Below, piece after piece: positions 28,201 to 39,200 of a stretch of DNA of 64,000 nucleotides. The position numbers and the translations under genes were made by a program. This stretch comes from Cycas panzhihuaensis (lineage: Eukaryota; Plantae; Cycadophyta), in NCBI GenBank assembly GCA_023213395.1, contig CM041465.1, forward strand, positions 139,321,741-139,385,740. The letters run 5' to 3'. Under the pieces are notes generated by a model that worked only from the letters and a program-made list of their open reading frames with translations, made no database searches and was not told the DNA's origin. Position 1 is the first letter of the stretch. Every line of letters starts with the position of its first letter.

Positions 28201-28422
28201 TCTTGACACATCCCTGTCATACACTTTTATATCTTAATCTCGCTCATCTCTGTTATTTCTCATTAACTTCATTCCACTCTCTATTTTTTGTATATCTCTC
28301 TTTGACATAATTGTCATTTGTATTAAATATTTGTAACATATCTTAAACCTTATTCCTTAGCCTTGTCGTATTAATACTCTATGTCTGTTACTACCTCTCG
28401 ATCTCCTCCATAAGCCACCCTC
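22296..28422 (+). repeat. Segmental duplication, copy 2 (partner 3228-9659), including second copies of the copia gag fragment (~22296-23450) and the non-autonomous LTR element (24316-26933)
   Basis: Colinear identity with 3228-9659. The ORF-track entries are duplicated (6615/25379, 7968/26733, 5730/24497). Confidence 0.97.
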
Positions 28423-28829
28423 TACTCCATATCGTTTATTACCCATTTACCATTATATAATTACTTTAGTCACATTCCACTTCAAGCATAGCCTTTCAAT
28501 CCTTATTTTTGCCCTAATCCCCAATACTTCTTACCTCCTAATCTCTTTTAGAACTACATTCTTATCTATTACAATATCATGTCATTATAAACCCTCGCAC
28601 TTTATCTCTATTTTTGACATACCCCTCCTGTGTGTCTCGATCTAAGCTTATTTTCCTATGATGCTGACAAACTTGATTCATGTTTATTGCGCACTCTTCC
28701 TATATGTCTCCATTCATTGCCATGCGACTTCAACTATATTCTCTATTCCTTATGCCTTTTTCAGCCCAACCTATGCCCCCATCTCCAAGGTAATTCTTAT
28801 CTTCAAGTGCAAAACTCCATGGGCATGAT

Positions 28830-29423
28830 ATAGAGGCAAGTTCCAAGATATGAGATAGTGCTAATCCCCAAAACACAGGGCCCACGATATACTGCGTGGA
28901 AAATGCTCTGCAAGAGCTATAAAGGAAATGGTGTCATCACAAATAGGAAGATGGCACATACGTATAGTACCTAGAAGACAACATAGAGATGGCACTAGCT
29001 CCAGCGATGTATTGGCTATAGCAAGTGGTAGATTGGAGAGGTGTGCATCATTTCTCCCACATTTTGTGTGCAAAGTATTCATAAAAGGGGAGGAGTGTTG
29101 TGGATCCAAATGGCAACATAAAACAAGATCATGAAAGAGACCTTAAGAAGTTACAAAATTCAATAAATGATAGAAGGAGCTAGTGGGATGACAAAGTGTC
29201 TTTAAGGAGGAAAGAATTGTAACGATCCCAAGACAATTTGAGAGAAGATGGATACTACTACGTGAAGTATATTTTAATAATATTTTATTATTATGAGAAG
29301 CTAGTGTTAGTGTTATAAATGGAGATATACAAAGAGATGTGTAGAGATTTAATTTTTGTTAATTGCATTTTATATGAGGGTGCATTTCTTTGTGAATATT
29401 GCTGCTATCTGAATTTTGCTACA
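28830..29423 (+). mobile_element. Highly decayed Ty3/gypsy 3' fragment (integrase remnant, PPT, short LTR ~29218-29423)
   Basis: A remnant resembling SAYHPQTDG...CLENYLR lies at ~28850-28920. GACAAAGTGTCTTTAAGGAGGAAAGAA is followed by TGTAACG at 29218, a typical gypsy 3' end plus PPT. A candidate LTR end TGCTACA is at 29423. Confidence 0.5.
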
Positions 29424-29652
29424 ATTCGTATTTGGGTGCGAAGAAATGAGAAGAAAAATCATCTTCTTCTAATTCACGTTACGTTTGTGTTTATGATGTA
29501 ATAACCCAAGAAAAATAAAGAAGATTATGACTGGAAAAGAGCAGAGACAGAGGAGTCGTCCAAGTGAGAAGTAAAATGGAGTTGAGGGGTTGCAAACGAT
29601 ATTGGGTAGAGATCAACGAAGGGTTGAGGGTTGAAAACCTAATCTTATGAGG

Positions 29653-29726
29653 CGCTAGAAGGAGGGCTTGAACCTCCGACCTTGTGGTTAACAGCCACAT
29701 GCTCTAACCAACTGAGCTATTCCAGC
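29653..29726 (-). tRNA. tRNA-Asn(GTT): tRNA-Asn (anticodon GTT), nuclear plant type
   Basis: The minus strand reads GCTGGAATAGCTCAGTTGGTTAGAGCATGTGGCTGTTAACCACAAGGTCGGAGGTTCAAGCCCTCCTTCTAGCG. This folds into a complete cloverleaf with anticodon arm TGTGG-CT-GTT-AA-CCACA and A and B boxes. A T4 run lies downstream (AAAA at 29634-29637). Confidence 0.97.
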
Positions 29727-30097
29727 TTTTCGGGGGCGAGATTTCAGGTACCGCGTTCAAGTCTGTACGGATATTATTTTCAAATGAACTCAGAATCAGA
29801 TCACGTATGTTTTGGGAATTAGAAGCATATGCAATAATTTTGTGGAGTGAAGCGGTAGTATTGAAGTAAGAGGTGAGAATACCAAGTTTGGGGCATTTTA
29901 TTGATTGGACAAGTTACCATAAAATATTTGTCTTACCACAATATTAATGTTGTGTCGTGTTGATATCTGTAACACAAGTCACGCAGCTGTTATCTGGTTA
30001 CCCTCAAACAAGCCATGCCATGCAATTCAGTGTGTGCAGGCCTTCCTGGCGAACGAATGGCCGGTGGATGGTTACTCGCTCGCATTATAACCCTGTT

Positions 30098-30169
30098 GGT
30101 TCCATGGTCTAGTGGTGAGGACATTGGACTCTGAATCCAGTAACCCGAGTTCAAATCTCGGTGGAACCT
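30098..30169 (+). tRNA. tRNA-Gln(CTG): tRNA-Gln (anticodon CTG), nuclear plant type
   Basis: The sequence is GGTTCCATGGTCTAGTGGTGAGGACATTGGACTCTGAATCCAGTAACCCGAGTTCAAATCTCGGTGGAACCT, with acceptor stem GGTTCCA/TGGAACC, anticodon CTG and T-arm CCGAG-TTCAAAT-CTCGG. Confidence 0.97.
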
Positions 30170-30172
30170 TGG

Positions 30173-30176
30173 TTTT
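30173..30176 (+). terminator. Pol III oligo-T terminator of tRNA-Gln
   Basis: TTTT starts 4 nt after the discriminator base. Confidence 0.6.
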
Positions 30177-30271
30177 ATCAAACTAGCTGGCTCAAACCTG
30201 GACACATCACTGCCATGAGAAACTACAATAATAAGTTACATGAAATGAAAACATAGTTTTAAGAGTACAGC

Positions 30272-30660
30272 GGTTGCAAACCCTTGACATGTATAGCAAC
30301 AACAATATTAAAAAATTTATTAGATTCAAAAATCTAGACATCATATTGTACCACATTACAGGATGAATTAGAATTCCCTCTCCTTTCCGTATGAGGCATA
30401 AACATAGTACATGGTTGCAAACCCTTGACATGTGTAGCAACAACAATATTAAAAAATTTATTAGATTCAACTAGAATGGAGCTTGATATACTCTACCAGG
30501 TATATTGTACCACATTACAGGATGAATTAGAATTCCCTCTCCTTTCCGTATGAGGCATAAACATAGTACATGGTTGCAAACCCTTGACATGTGTAGCAAC
30601 AACAATATTAAAAAATTTATTAGATTCAACTAGAATGGAGCTTGATATACTCTACCAGGT
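30272..30660 (+). repeat. 159-bp tandem duplication (30343-30501, 30502-30660) plus a third 58-bp partial copy (30272-30329)
   Basis: The two full units are identical by eye. The core GGTTGCAAACCCTTGACATGT(A/G)TAGCAACAACAATATTAAAAAATTTATTAGATTCAA occurs three times. Confidence 0.95.
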
Positions 30661-31671
30661 ATTCGACAAATCAATAAGAAAAACACATGTTGGCTCTTTT
30701 ACATGTTTATAGTTTCTTGAAGAAATATAGAAAGAAGGCCTCGCAAACTCAAAGAAAATATGAGTAGCTCATTACAACAATGTAGATCCCTAAAAATGAA
30801 CGCCAATCCTATTGAGGGACATACAAGAACATTCCATCATTTAATCGACCCACTTTGTATGAGCTCCATAACAAAAATTATTTTTGTCTCAATAAAAGCA
30901 ACACCTAATGGATAAAACCATTATCAACATGATATTTGATAATTACCCCCAAAATAAATTATCTGAATAATAATCATAGAAAATGAGGACATGTCGCCCA
31001 TAAACAACCAAGATCTAAAAATAATGATCTTAAGAAGGAGTGCACTTATGGCCCTAGTACAAAGCTTTGAGGGTGAAGCTTTTAAAGAAGGGAGGGCATG
31101 TTATGGCCTAACTTGACGTCAACCACAAACCATAATTACATATGTGTATTTACAATATGGCATAGGGATTAGCATGGTATGTTATTATCTTCCCTTGGCA
31201 TTGGTTCTTCATCGAATAACTTTACTTTGAGATAGGTCCCTAAGGCATCCAATAGTGCCAACAACACTACATCATATTATTTGGTAAAACATAGGGAAAA
31301 TGGAGCTATTGTTAAGCTATGCTTATTTGTTTGTTTTTCACCATTGACGACAACTCGGTGCACCAAGTTTGACCAAGGAACTGGAAGATATAGATGTGTG
31401 ATAGAACTATAAACTATATTACCTAAGTGTGATAGGGCACTCTACTCTTATGTGGGCTTATGGGTTAAGAATGAGGGCATGCTTCACATATTGAATCCTA
31501 TAAAGACCCAATGGACTAAAGCTACCCAAGAACCATAATATCATACCTCACTAGGTGATAATCAAATATTCATGAGATTACGCTACATCCTGATCCTCAC
31601 TTACATTGTACATAGGGATTATATCTTGGACAATGGTGTCTATGGGGATAGGTATAGGAAATAAAGATGAT

Positions 31672-34600
31672 TATTAGGACCCTCATGTTCTAACCATCTA
31701 TTATATAAAGCTATGTATTAGAATTAATACATAAAGCATTGTAGTAGTCATTATATATCTCATGTGCTTATTTTTGTATGAAATGAATTATCCCACAAAC
31801 ACCACTCAATAGCATGACTAAGATACACCTTTCCTTTATACTTGTACCCTTTATTATCTTAAAGATATCCTTGAATATCTTATAATTGATGTTTGCCCCC
31901 TTAATGGGACTTATAGTTGCAAGTGATTCCTTATGAATATCAACAGTTTGGTGATTTGGTCATCTTGTGATTTGAGCTATAGCTTTATATACATTGATAT
32001 TTTTAACATTTGTAGTTGTAGGTAGTATCGTATCAAGTGGCATCACAACACTTTTTAGGGCCATATTCTACTGTAGTGATTTTTAGTAGCTTAATGTAAC
32101 TAACCATTATATGCTCTCACCTCGCCCTTATGGGATCTTGGTGATAAAAAAGTGGAAAAAATAGTAGGATATTAACCTCATGCCTATATTTCTCCTCTCT
32201 TTTTATTTTTATTTTTTATAGTGGTGTCTAAGTTAGAAACCCTATTTTGGTAGTTTTCAAAAATCATAGAGTTCTTGTTATTGTCTAAGTATGCTTCGTG
32301 ATAAGCTAATGTATAAAGTGAGATGTGAAAGAAACCAATACCTAGGCCTTAGACAACATATATATGTGGAGTCAATCCTCCACATACCTTTTGCATATAT
32401 AGGAAGACCCCCCTAGGCTAAGAGATACCTAGTTATAAGAAGTATGAGGCAACCATTAGTTGTTTGTAACCTCCAGTACATTGGTTAATAGTTAATACTA
32501 GGAAGTTACGCCCTACGTAGACCTAGAAGATAGATAACATGACTACAAGTATGATAATTCTCCATAGTTAGTGCCTTGAGATACTGGGTTAATTCACCAT
32601 TATTGATTGAGAAGTGTATGAGAGAGCCTGTAGGCTAGATACTCCTTCAACTAGAAATTTTTTATGCCATGGCTATGAACAAATCTAGACATGCTTTAAA
32701 AGTTATCCAAAATACTAAAACCCTTGATCTGGCTATACCTGGGTAGCGAATTGTAGGAGATTTGGAAACTACAATAGGGAATATCTTGTAAATAGTCATG
32801 AATAGATTTCGACCTACTTGGACAATGACTAAAAGTACTATAACTATTAATCAAGATAGACTGAGGCTATGATCTAATAGAAATTTTAAAACTACAAGAA
32901 GAAATATTTTAAAGATTGTTAAGAATTTGGTAAATATGAAAACACAAAAGTTCAAGGTAAAAAAGCTTAACTTTTAGTCACTTATTCTAAATTTATCCTC
33001 TCGTTGAGCTGATCATTTTAATATAGATCTTTGATAACTTGTTTAGACAACCCATAGAAGCTAATATGGCTAGTGTTCATAGATCCTAAAACCTCTGCTT
33101 AGAGAAAATAGATGAAGATAGTAAAACAATCCAAGTAACACGATCGACCATACTCCAACTACTATCTAAATTAGATGCATTAAACTGAATTAACAAACTT
33201 AATAATAGGTTGACTTTATTAAATGTCAAATATAATACCATGAACTTACAAATACAGTAAGGCAAGCACTCTACCATAGAACGAGGTACCAATACAAGCC
33301 AACAATCTTTGAATAGACCCTAGGCTAGTGGCACATTCCATCCCCTTAACTTAATTTTTCCTAAATTTAATGGGAAAAATTTGGCTAGTTGGTTATATAA
33401 AGTAGGACATTATTTCTCTATCCATCAGATGCCTGGAGACTAAACAATTTCCACAACATCATTTCACCTACAACGTGAGGTAATCTATTTGTATTAATGG
33501 CTAGGAAAAAAATGTGGTACCTCATGTGGGCCAAATTTAGTAAATACTTATCATATGATTTGGACCAAGTAAACATGAAGACTTCATAGAGTTCTTAATT
33601 AAATTAAAACAAACTCATTCTATCTGCAAGTATCAAACATAATTTGAAATTTTAACAAATCAAACAATAGGGCTTGAATTCAAACTTTTGACAAATCAAA
33701 CAATAGGGCTTGGCAAGGCTTTCTTCAAGAGTTATTTTATTAGTAGCTTAAAAGAAGACATTCATGTAGAAGTTAAAAAGTTTAAGCCCGCTAGTTTTAC
33801 AGACATCGTAAGGTTAGCAAAGTTAGTAAAACCATTTAAAACTCTATAATTTTAACCCCCATAACTAGCTCAACCAAACCTAGCCCTAGCCATTAGAGAA
33901 CCATCTACCAAGGAATTAAGTCATGAAGAGATGATTGCTTATAGAGTAAGGGAGCTTTGTTATAACTATGATAATAAATATATACCTAATCATAAATGTT
34001 TAGAATAAAAACTCTATTTATTAGATGTTAAGGAACTTTGATAATAAATATATACCTAAAATTTTAGTGCACATACTAGCTAGAATTACCACACCCCAAA
34101 CTATAAAGGTATTAGGATATTTCAAGGGACATCATCTAATTATTATCATTGACTTGGGTAGCACCCATAATTTTATTGATCATAGTATAACCAAATAGAT
34201 AGGTTATTATATTTACCTACTCAATAGCTTCAAGGTAATGATAACTAATAAAGGAACATTGGCTTGGAAGGGCAAGTGTCTAAACATCAAGTTATCTATG
34301 GGGAAGTACACTATGAAACCAATCATGTTCACACTCTAATCAAGGGGTCATGACGTGGTCTTAGGGGCTTAATGGCTTCATAGATTAAGACCCATCTTAT
34401 GGGATTTCACGGAATTATGGATGAAGTTTACAATTAACAACCAATAATACACCTTAGTGGGCATGATGATTAGTCCTACCTAAATTGTTAGCTGCCACCA
34501 AATGGAGAAATTATTAAAAAGGGGTCCCTAGGGAGTGATGTCTCAACTATGTATAATGCAAATGCCAAAAACAATAAACTCAAAAGTTGAACATAATGTG

Positions 34601-34735
34601 AGATACAAATACCCTTATAAACTTACAATTAGTCCTAAAAGAGTAGGACCCAATGTTTACTACTCCTTATGGACTATTGCCCTAGCACTCATATGACCAT
34701 GCTATATAATTAATTTAAGGTAATTCACTACCTAA
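31672..34735 (+). mobile_element. 5' half of a Ty3/gypsy element (5' LTR 31672-32035, PBS, gag, protease), cut just before RT
   Basis: PBS-like TGGCATCAC at 32038. Gag reads LIFPKFNGKNLASWLYKVGHYF (~33350) and protease IIDLGSTHNFID (~34144-34180). DVVLGA*WL..LRPILWDF follows, and the fragment ends at YDHAI*LI*GNSLPN. Confidence 0.88.
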
Positions 34736-36195
34736 TGTTGGAATAATGTCCACATTGGGGCGATTACCCATATTGAGGAGATTACTCACATTGAGACAAT
34801 AACCCATATCATGGGAAATATTTTGTGTCAGTATATTGTCAAGTATTTGCCAATACCAGGCAGTGATGGGCCTTGAGAGGTGTGCCAAATCCTCTCAATC
34901 CTGACTATATTTATAGGGGGTTTGAAGATCTTACTATTTTTCAACATCACCTTCCTTATTGATTATTGGTTATCCTTTCTTGCATGCATTATTTCCTATC
35001 CTCTTTGCTCTTGTCCTCTAATTCTATCATTTAGTATCAAAGTTGCATTTAAATCTCTCGCTTCTTGTTACATCTAGGTTGCTGCTTTTCAATCTCTTGC
35101 TTCCAATCTTGTGTCTCATAGTTTGTCCTTTTAAGTAGTCTATGTCTGGTAGGTGATGATATTCTATGCCTGAGTTTGGGTTTATCTTTATGTAGTGAAG
35201 TGTGGTCTATCCTAAGTAGTGTACTCCAAGCAATATGTGCTTGTACTTGCTAACCACTTAGATTTCCATATTTGTAGGCTTTTTAAAAGTACATCACAAG
35301 TTTGAGTATCTATCTGCATTTTGTATTTGTGTTAGTCAAAACATGCCTCTTATGCATCTAGTATTTTGCCTCTGCATTCAAAGTCTACATTGAGATACAT
35401 TCTATTAATTTAATTTTGCATTACTTGCAACTTCATTTTTAACTTGCTAAAGGTAGTTTGTTGTAATTGTAATCATCTTATTGAGGGTATTTGGATCATA
35501 ATCTCAACCTTGCAGTATGGCGAGCCTACAAGATAGCTTTTTTAAAATCTACATTAATCTCAGCGAGTCAAGTTGGGTCATTATCTATAGAGTCAACTAT
35601 GAGAACACTCATTTTTTTATGCTCCTTTTCTCGCATGTTAGGAATTATATTTTATCCTTTATTCTGGCTTACAATAGTCTGCACACTCAATGTTTACATC
35701 CTCGTTTATATGTAGTCTTGCATCTGACTTACCAGTCCATCATCCACCTTTGCATAAAATATTTACATTTTCCCTTCAATTGATCAAATTATAATCTTTG
35801 CATTTCTATTTAATCAGAAAACATTGTTTTAATATTTATTTTTTATTCTCTGTTTACACATACTGCAAGGAAAGTTATATTTATGCCTCCATTTGATATC
35901 ATGCATCCCTTTTTTCATGCATATATTTTTTGCCCTATGAGTATTAATATTCATCTCTGGCTTTACTCTACGAAAGTGGTTAGGTATGAAGTTGTTGTTT
36001 CTATCGTCTCTTTGACTATGGATGCCTTTTGACCATTGGTGGTAGCTCTTACTACTCTGCTATTCTCTCTACATTGTTTATCACTCAAACCTACAAAGAG
36101 ATTGGCTACTCCCATATAGATTTACTTCTCATCTCACTTCAATCCATTAATTGCTACACATAATGTTGCTCAAGTATTTTGAGGTCATGCCTCAT
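34736..36195 (+). mobile_element. Truncated LTR element (LTR ~34736-35029, PBS-like site, leader) inserted in the gypsy pol
   Basis: Starts TGTTGG exactly where the gypsy frame stops. ...CTATCA is followed by TAGTATCAAAGT, a decayed PBS at 35032-35043. No partner LTR is in the window. Confidence 0.6.
34751..34809 (+). repeat. 18-bp minisatellite (3.3 copies) inside the LTR
   Basis: Units read CACATTGGGGCGATTACC / CATATTGAGGAGATTACT / CACATTGAGACAATAACC / CATAT. Confidence 0.75.
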
Positions 36196-36247
36196 TTAAC
36201 ATACCTCTCTCCAAGACTCCATCAATATAAAGAGATTTTCTCAAATT

Positions 36248-39200
36248 ATGATAAATACCATTAAACTCAATGGCATAAATAACTTCATACCATGGAAGAA
36301 GCAAGTTTAAAACTTACTCATTATGAACAAATTTTGGGCCTATATTAATAGGGACATACCCCTTCCTGTACCTACACGAGACCCTAATGATTGCACTAAA
36401 ATAATCCCACCAGATCCTATAGCCTTAGTAAACTTCAAAGCTAAGGACAACATTGCATTATCCTTCCTCCATTTGGCTTTTGAAGACCAAGTGGATTAAA
36501 GTATTAAAACTGCTCAAACATCTCATGAGACATGGAATATGCTTCATGCCCTCTTTGAGAGAAAAGATAAATCTAGATCTTTAACACTCAAATCTCATCT
36601 TTTTATAATGTCTTTTGCTAGAAATATTACTTACCATTTGACCAAAGTGAAAAAAATTAGAAATTAGTTGATTATCCTTAGTGAGCGACTTTCTAATCAT
36701 AATTTGATCTCTAGTATTATTAACATTATACTTATTGAATATAACTTCTTTATATCTAAGCTATATGATAATTATTCCAAGATGGACTTTATAACCTTTG
36801 AGGGATTCTTACTTCAAGAGGAGAATATACTTAACTAAGTAGGGGTGACATTAACATCTGACTCAACTCTTACCTTTATAGCCCAAAACTCAGAAAAGGG
36901 TAAGTCTGTTAATAGAGCAACTCAACAACTTAGTTAGCAATAAGACCTAACTTAACACTTTGACTCTCTTTATATATCACAAGAGTCATATCAATAGCCA
37001 ACTCAATAACAACAACATCTAATTGGCATCTCCAACTCCTCCTATCCAACTTAAGCAGCCTCAACAGTCTTAGCACCAACCATGGGGACAATCTCAAAAG
37101 AATCAATAGGGCAAACCAAATGTCACTTACATCTATTATAATAAAATTGGATATCTAGCTATTGAATGTAGGAGATGACAAGCTAATTTACAACTCTTAC
37201 AGAATTAAAGGAGCCAAGTATATGGGCCATATTATCAATAACCACCCCCCATCTATTAATAAGGAAAACCCTCATATCATTAAGGAGGTCTTAGTTATAC
37301 TCAACAAAGACAAAGACTCTCTTATCAACAATGAGAACCATGCCCTCATCAAGGAGCCTCCTTTCTGTAATAAGAATGGCCTCTTTTATAATATAGAGGC
37401 CTCTATTATCAATAAGGTGTCCCTATTTAAAAATAAGGATGCCCTTTTTATCCCCAAGGGGGGGGCAGCATATCAACCTCAAGGTTAATTCTACCGACAA
37501 AATTAGAATCCTAGACCCATATAAGGACAAAGACTTCATAATAGGTAACAATTCTCCAATAGGAATTAAAGGAATTGATAGAATAATCAACAACAAGGAG
37601 GTAATATGGGAGATAGTCAGGACTCATCCTTCCATAACTTATTCTTTATAACACTTTCATCACAACTTGATGAGACTACATGGCTCCTTGATTCTAGTGC
37701 AACGAGACACATGACAGGTTTATAAAAGATGTTGGAAGAGACCCAACTAATCAATACTCAAATTGTCACATTTAGGGATAAATTGACTTACAATGTGACC
37801 ACTATTGGTAAGGAACTAATAACATTGGAGGACTCTAATATTAGATACCATATTAGTAATGTGTTTTCTGTACCTAGTATGAAGATCAACTTACTTTCTA
37901 TTAGCCAAATAAACAAGCATAACTTAGATGTCCTCTTTAGCCAAGGCATTTATAGAATTACAAACCATGCAATAAGTAGACTTGTGGCTATAAGACATGA
38001 AGATGGTGGCTTATAAAATATGGATGGTGTCCCCCTTACCACTACTCTACAACATGAATCTTGTTCAATATCCAACATAACTTAATCTAATAAGGGGAAG
38101 GATGTAATTGATGAAGAGTCCCCTTGCATAGAAGAACTATGAGAATACTCTTATTTAAAGGATGATGCCATCACAAATAGCTCTAAATACCACCTATGGA
38201 ATTAATGTCTGGGTCATTTGAACATGCAAAACTTGAACCTCATGTTTAGGCTACAAATGGTATATGGCTTACCTAAAATAAAGAGATTCCATAACATATG
38301 TGAGGTCTGCCTAAAGCAAGAGTAGCAAAGAGAAAAATTCCCTTCTAAGAATGCATGGAGAGCTTCACAACCATTAGAGTTGGTCCACTTTGACATTTGT
38401 GGCCCTATGTCTATCCAATCTCTCAATGGAAGTTAGTATTTTATTACCTTCATAGATAGATTCAAAGAGTTCAAAACTACTGTAGAAAATGAAAGTGGAA
38501 TAATAATCAAGATCCTTAGACTAGATAATTGTGGTGAGTATATTTTAAATTAGTTCAATAATTTTTATAAGGAACATGACATCCAATGTCAGTTATATGC
38601 TTCTCATATACCTCAGTAAAATGGTGTAGCTAAAAGGATGAATCAGACTTTAATCAATAAAAGAAAAGCCATGCTTAGTGCTACTAACCTTGCTACTAGA
38701 TTTTGGGCTGATACCATTACCATTACTACTTACCTAACCTATATAAGTCCCATAATTATGGTTAGGAATATTACTCCCAAAGAAGCTTGGTCAAGTCAGA
38801 AAGCATATGTAGCACACTTGAAGATCTTTGGATGCATAACATATAATCATAACCTAAAGGATAACTAAAAGAAGCTTAATGACAAGAGCCTTAAGTGCAT
38901 CTTCCTTGGCTATATACTTAGTTATAAATCCTATAAAGTATTTGATATAATTAGTAACCAAGATTACATGACATGAGATGCAATATTTACAAAAGAACTA
39001 TAGGAACTAATACCTCCTCAACCTCGAATTATAATATCAAAAGAAATTGGTGCATCTTAAGTGACTCTTGGATAAATTTTAGAGCCACCAGTACTAGATT
39101 CATCATACTCCCTAGGTCCTTCATTAGTTATAGTAGCATCTTCGTCATGCACTCAAGCAATTATAACCTTGCTCCTAATCTCAATTAATGATCTTCAAGT

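Noticed and set aside
3228-28422. The two 6-kb copies as giant LTRs of one element
   Set aside because: They have no TG..CA ends, PBS/PPT or TSD. They start mid-copia ORF, and copy 2 sits inside unrelated nested elements.
29653-30169. tRNA-derived SINEs or a tRNA-snoRNA dicistron
   Set aside because: Both tRNAs have complete cloverleaves and nearby T4 runs. I saw no SINE tail, TSD or C/D boxes downstream.
29491-30205. ORFs 29491-29700 and 29990-30205
   Set aside because: They overlap the tRNA genes and are chance open frames in a GC-richer island.
31060-31671. Additional gypsy PPT and LTR starting TGTTATGG at 31099
   Set aside because: The PPT-like AAAGAAGGGAGGGCA is suggestive, but no LTR end, partner or coding remnant could be fixed.
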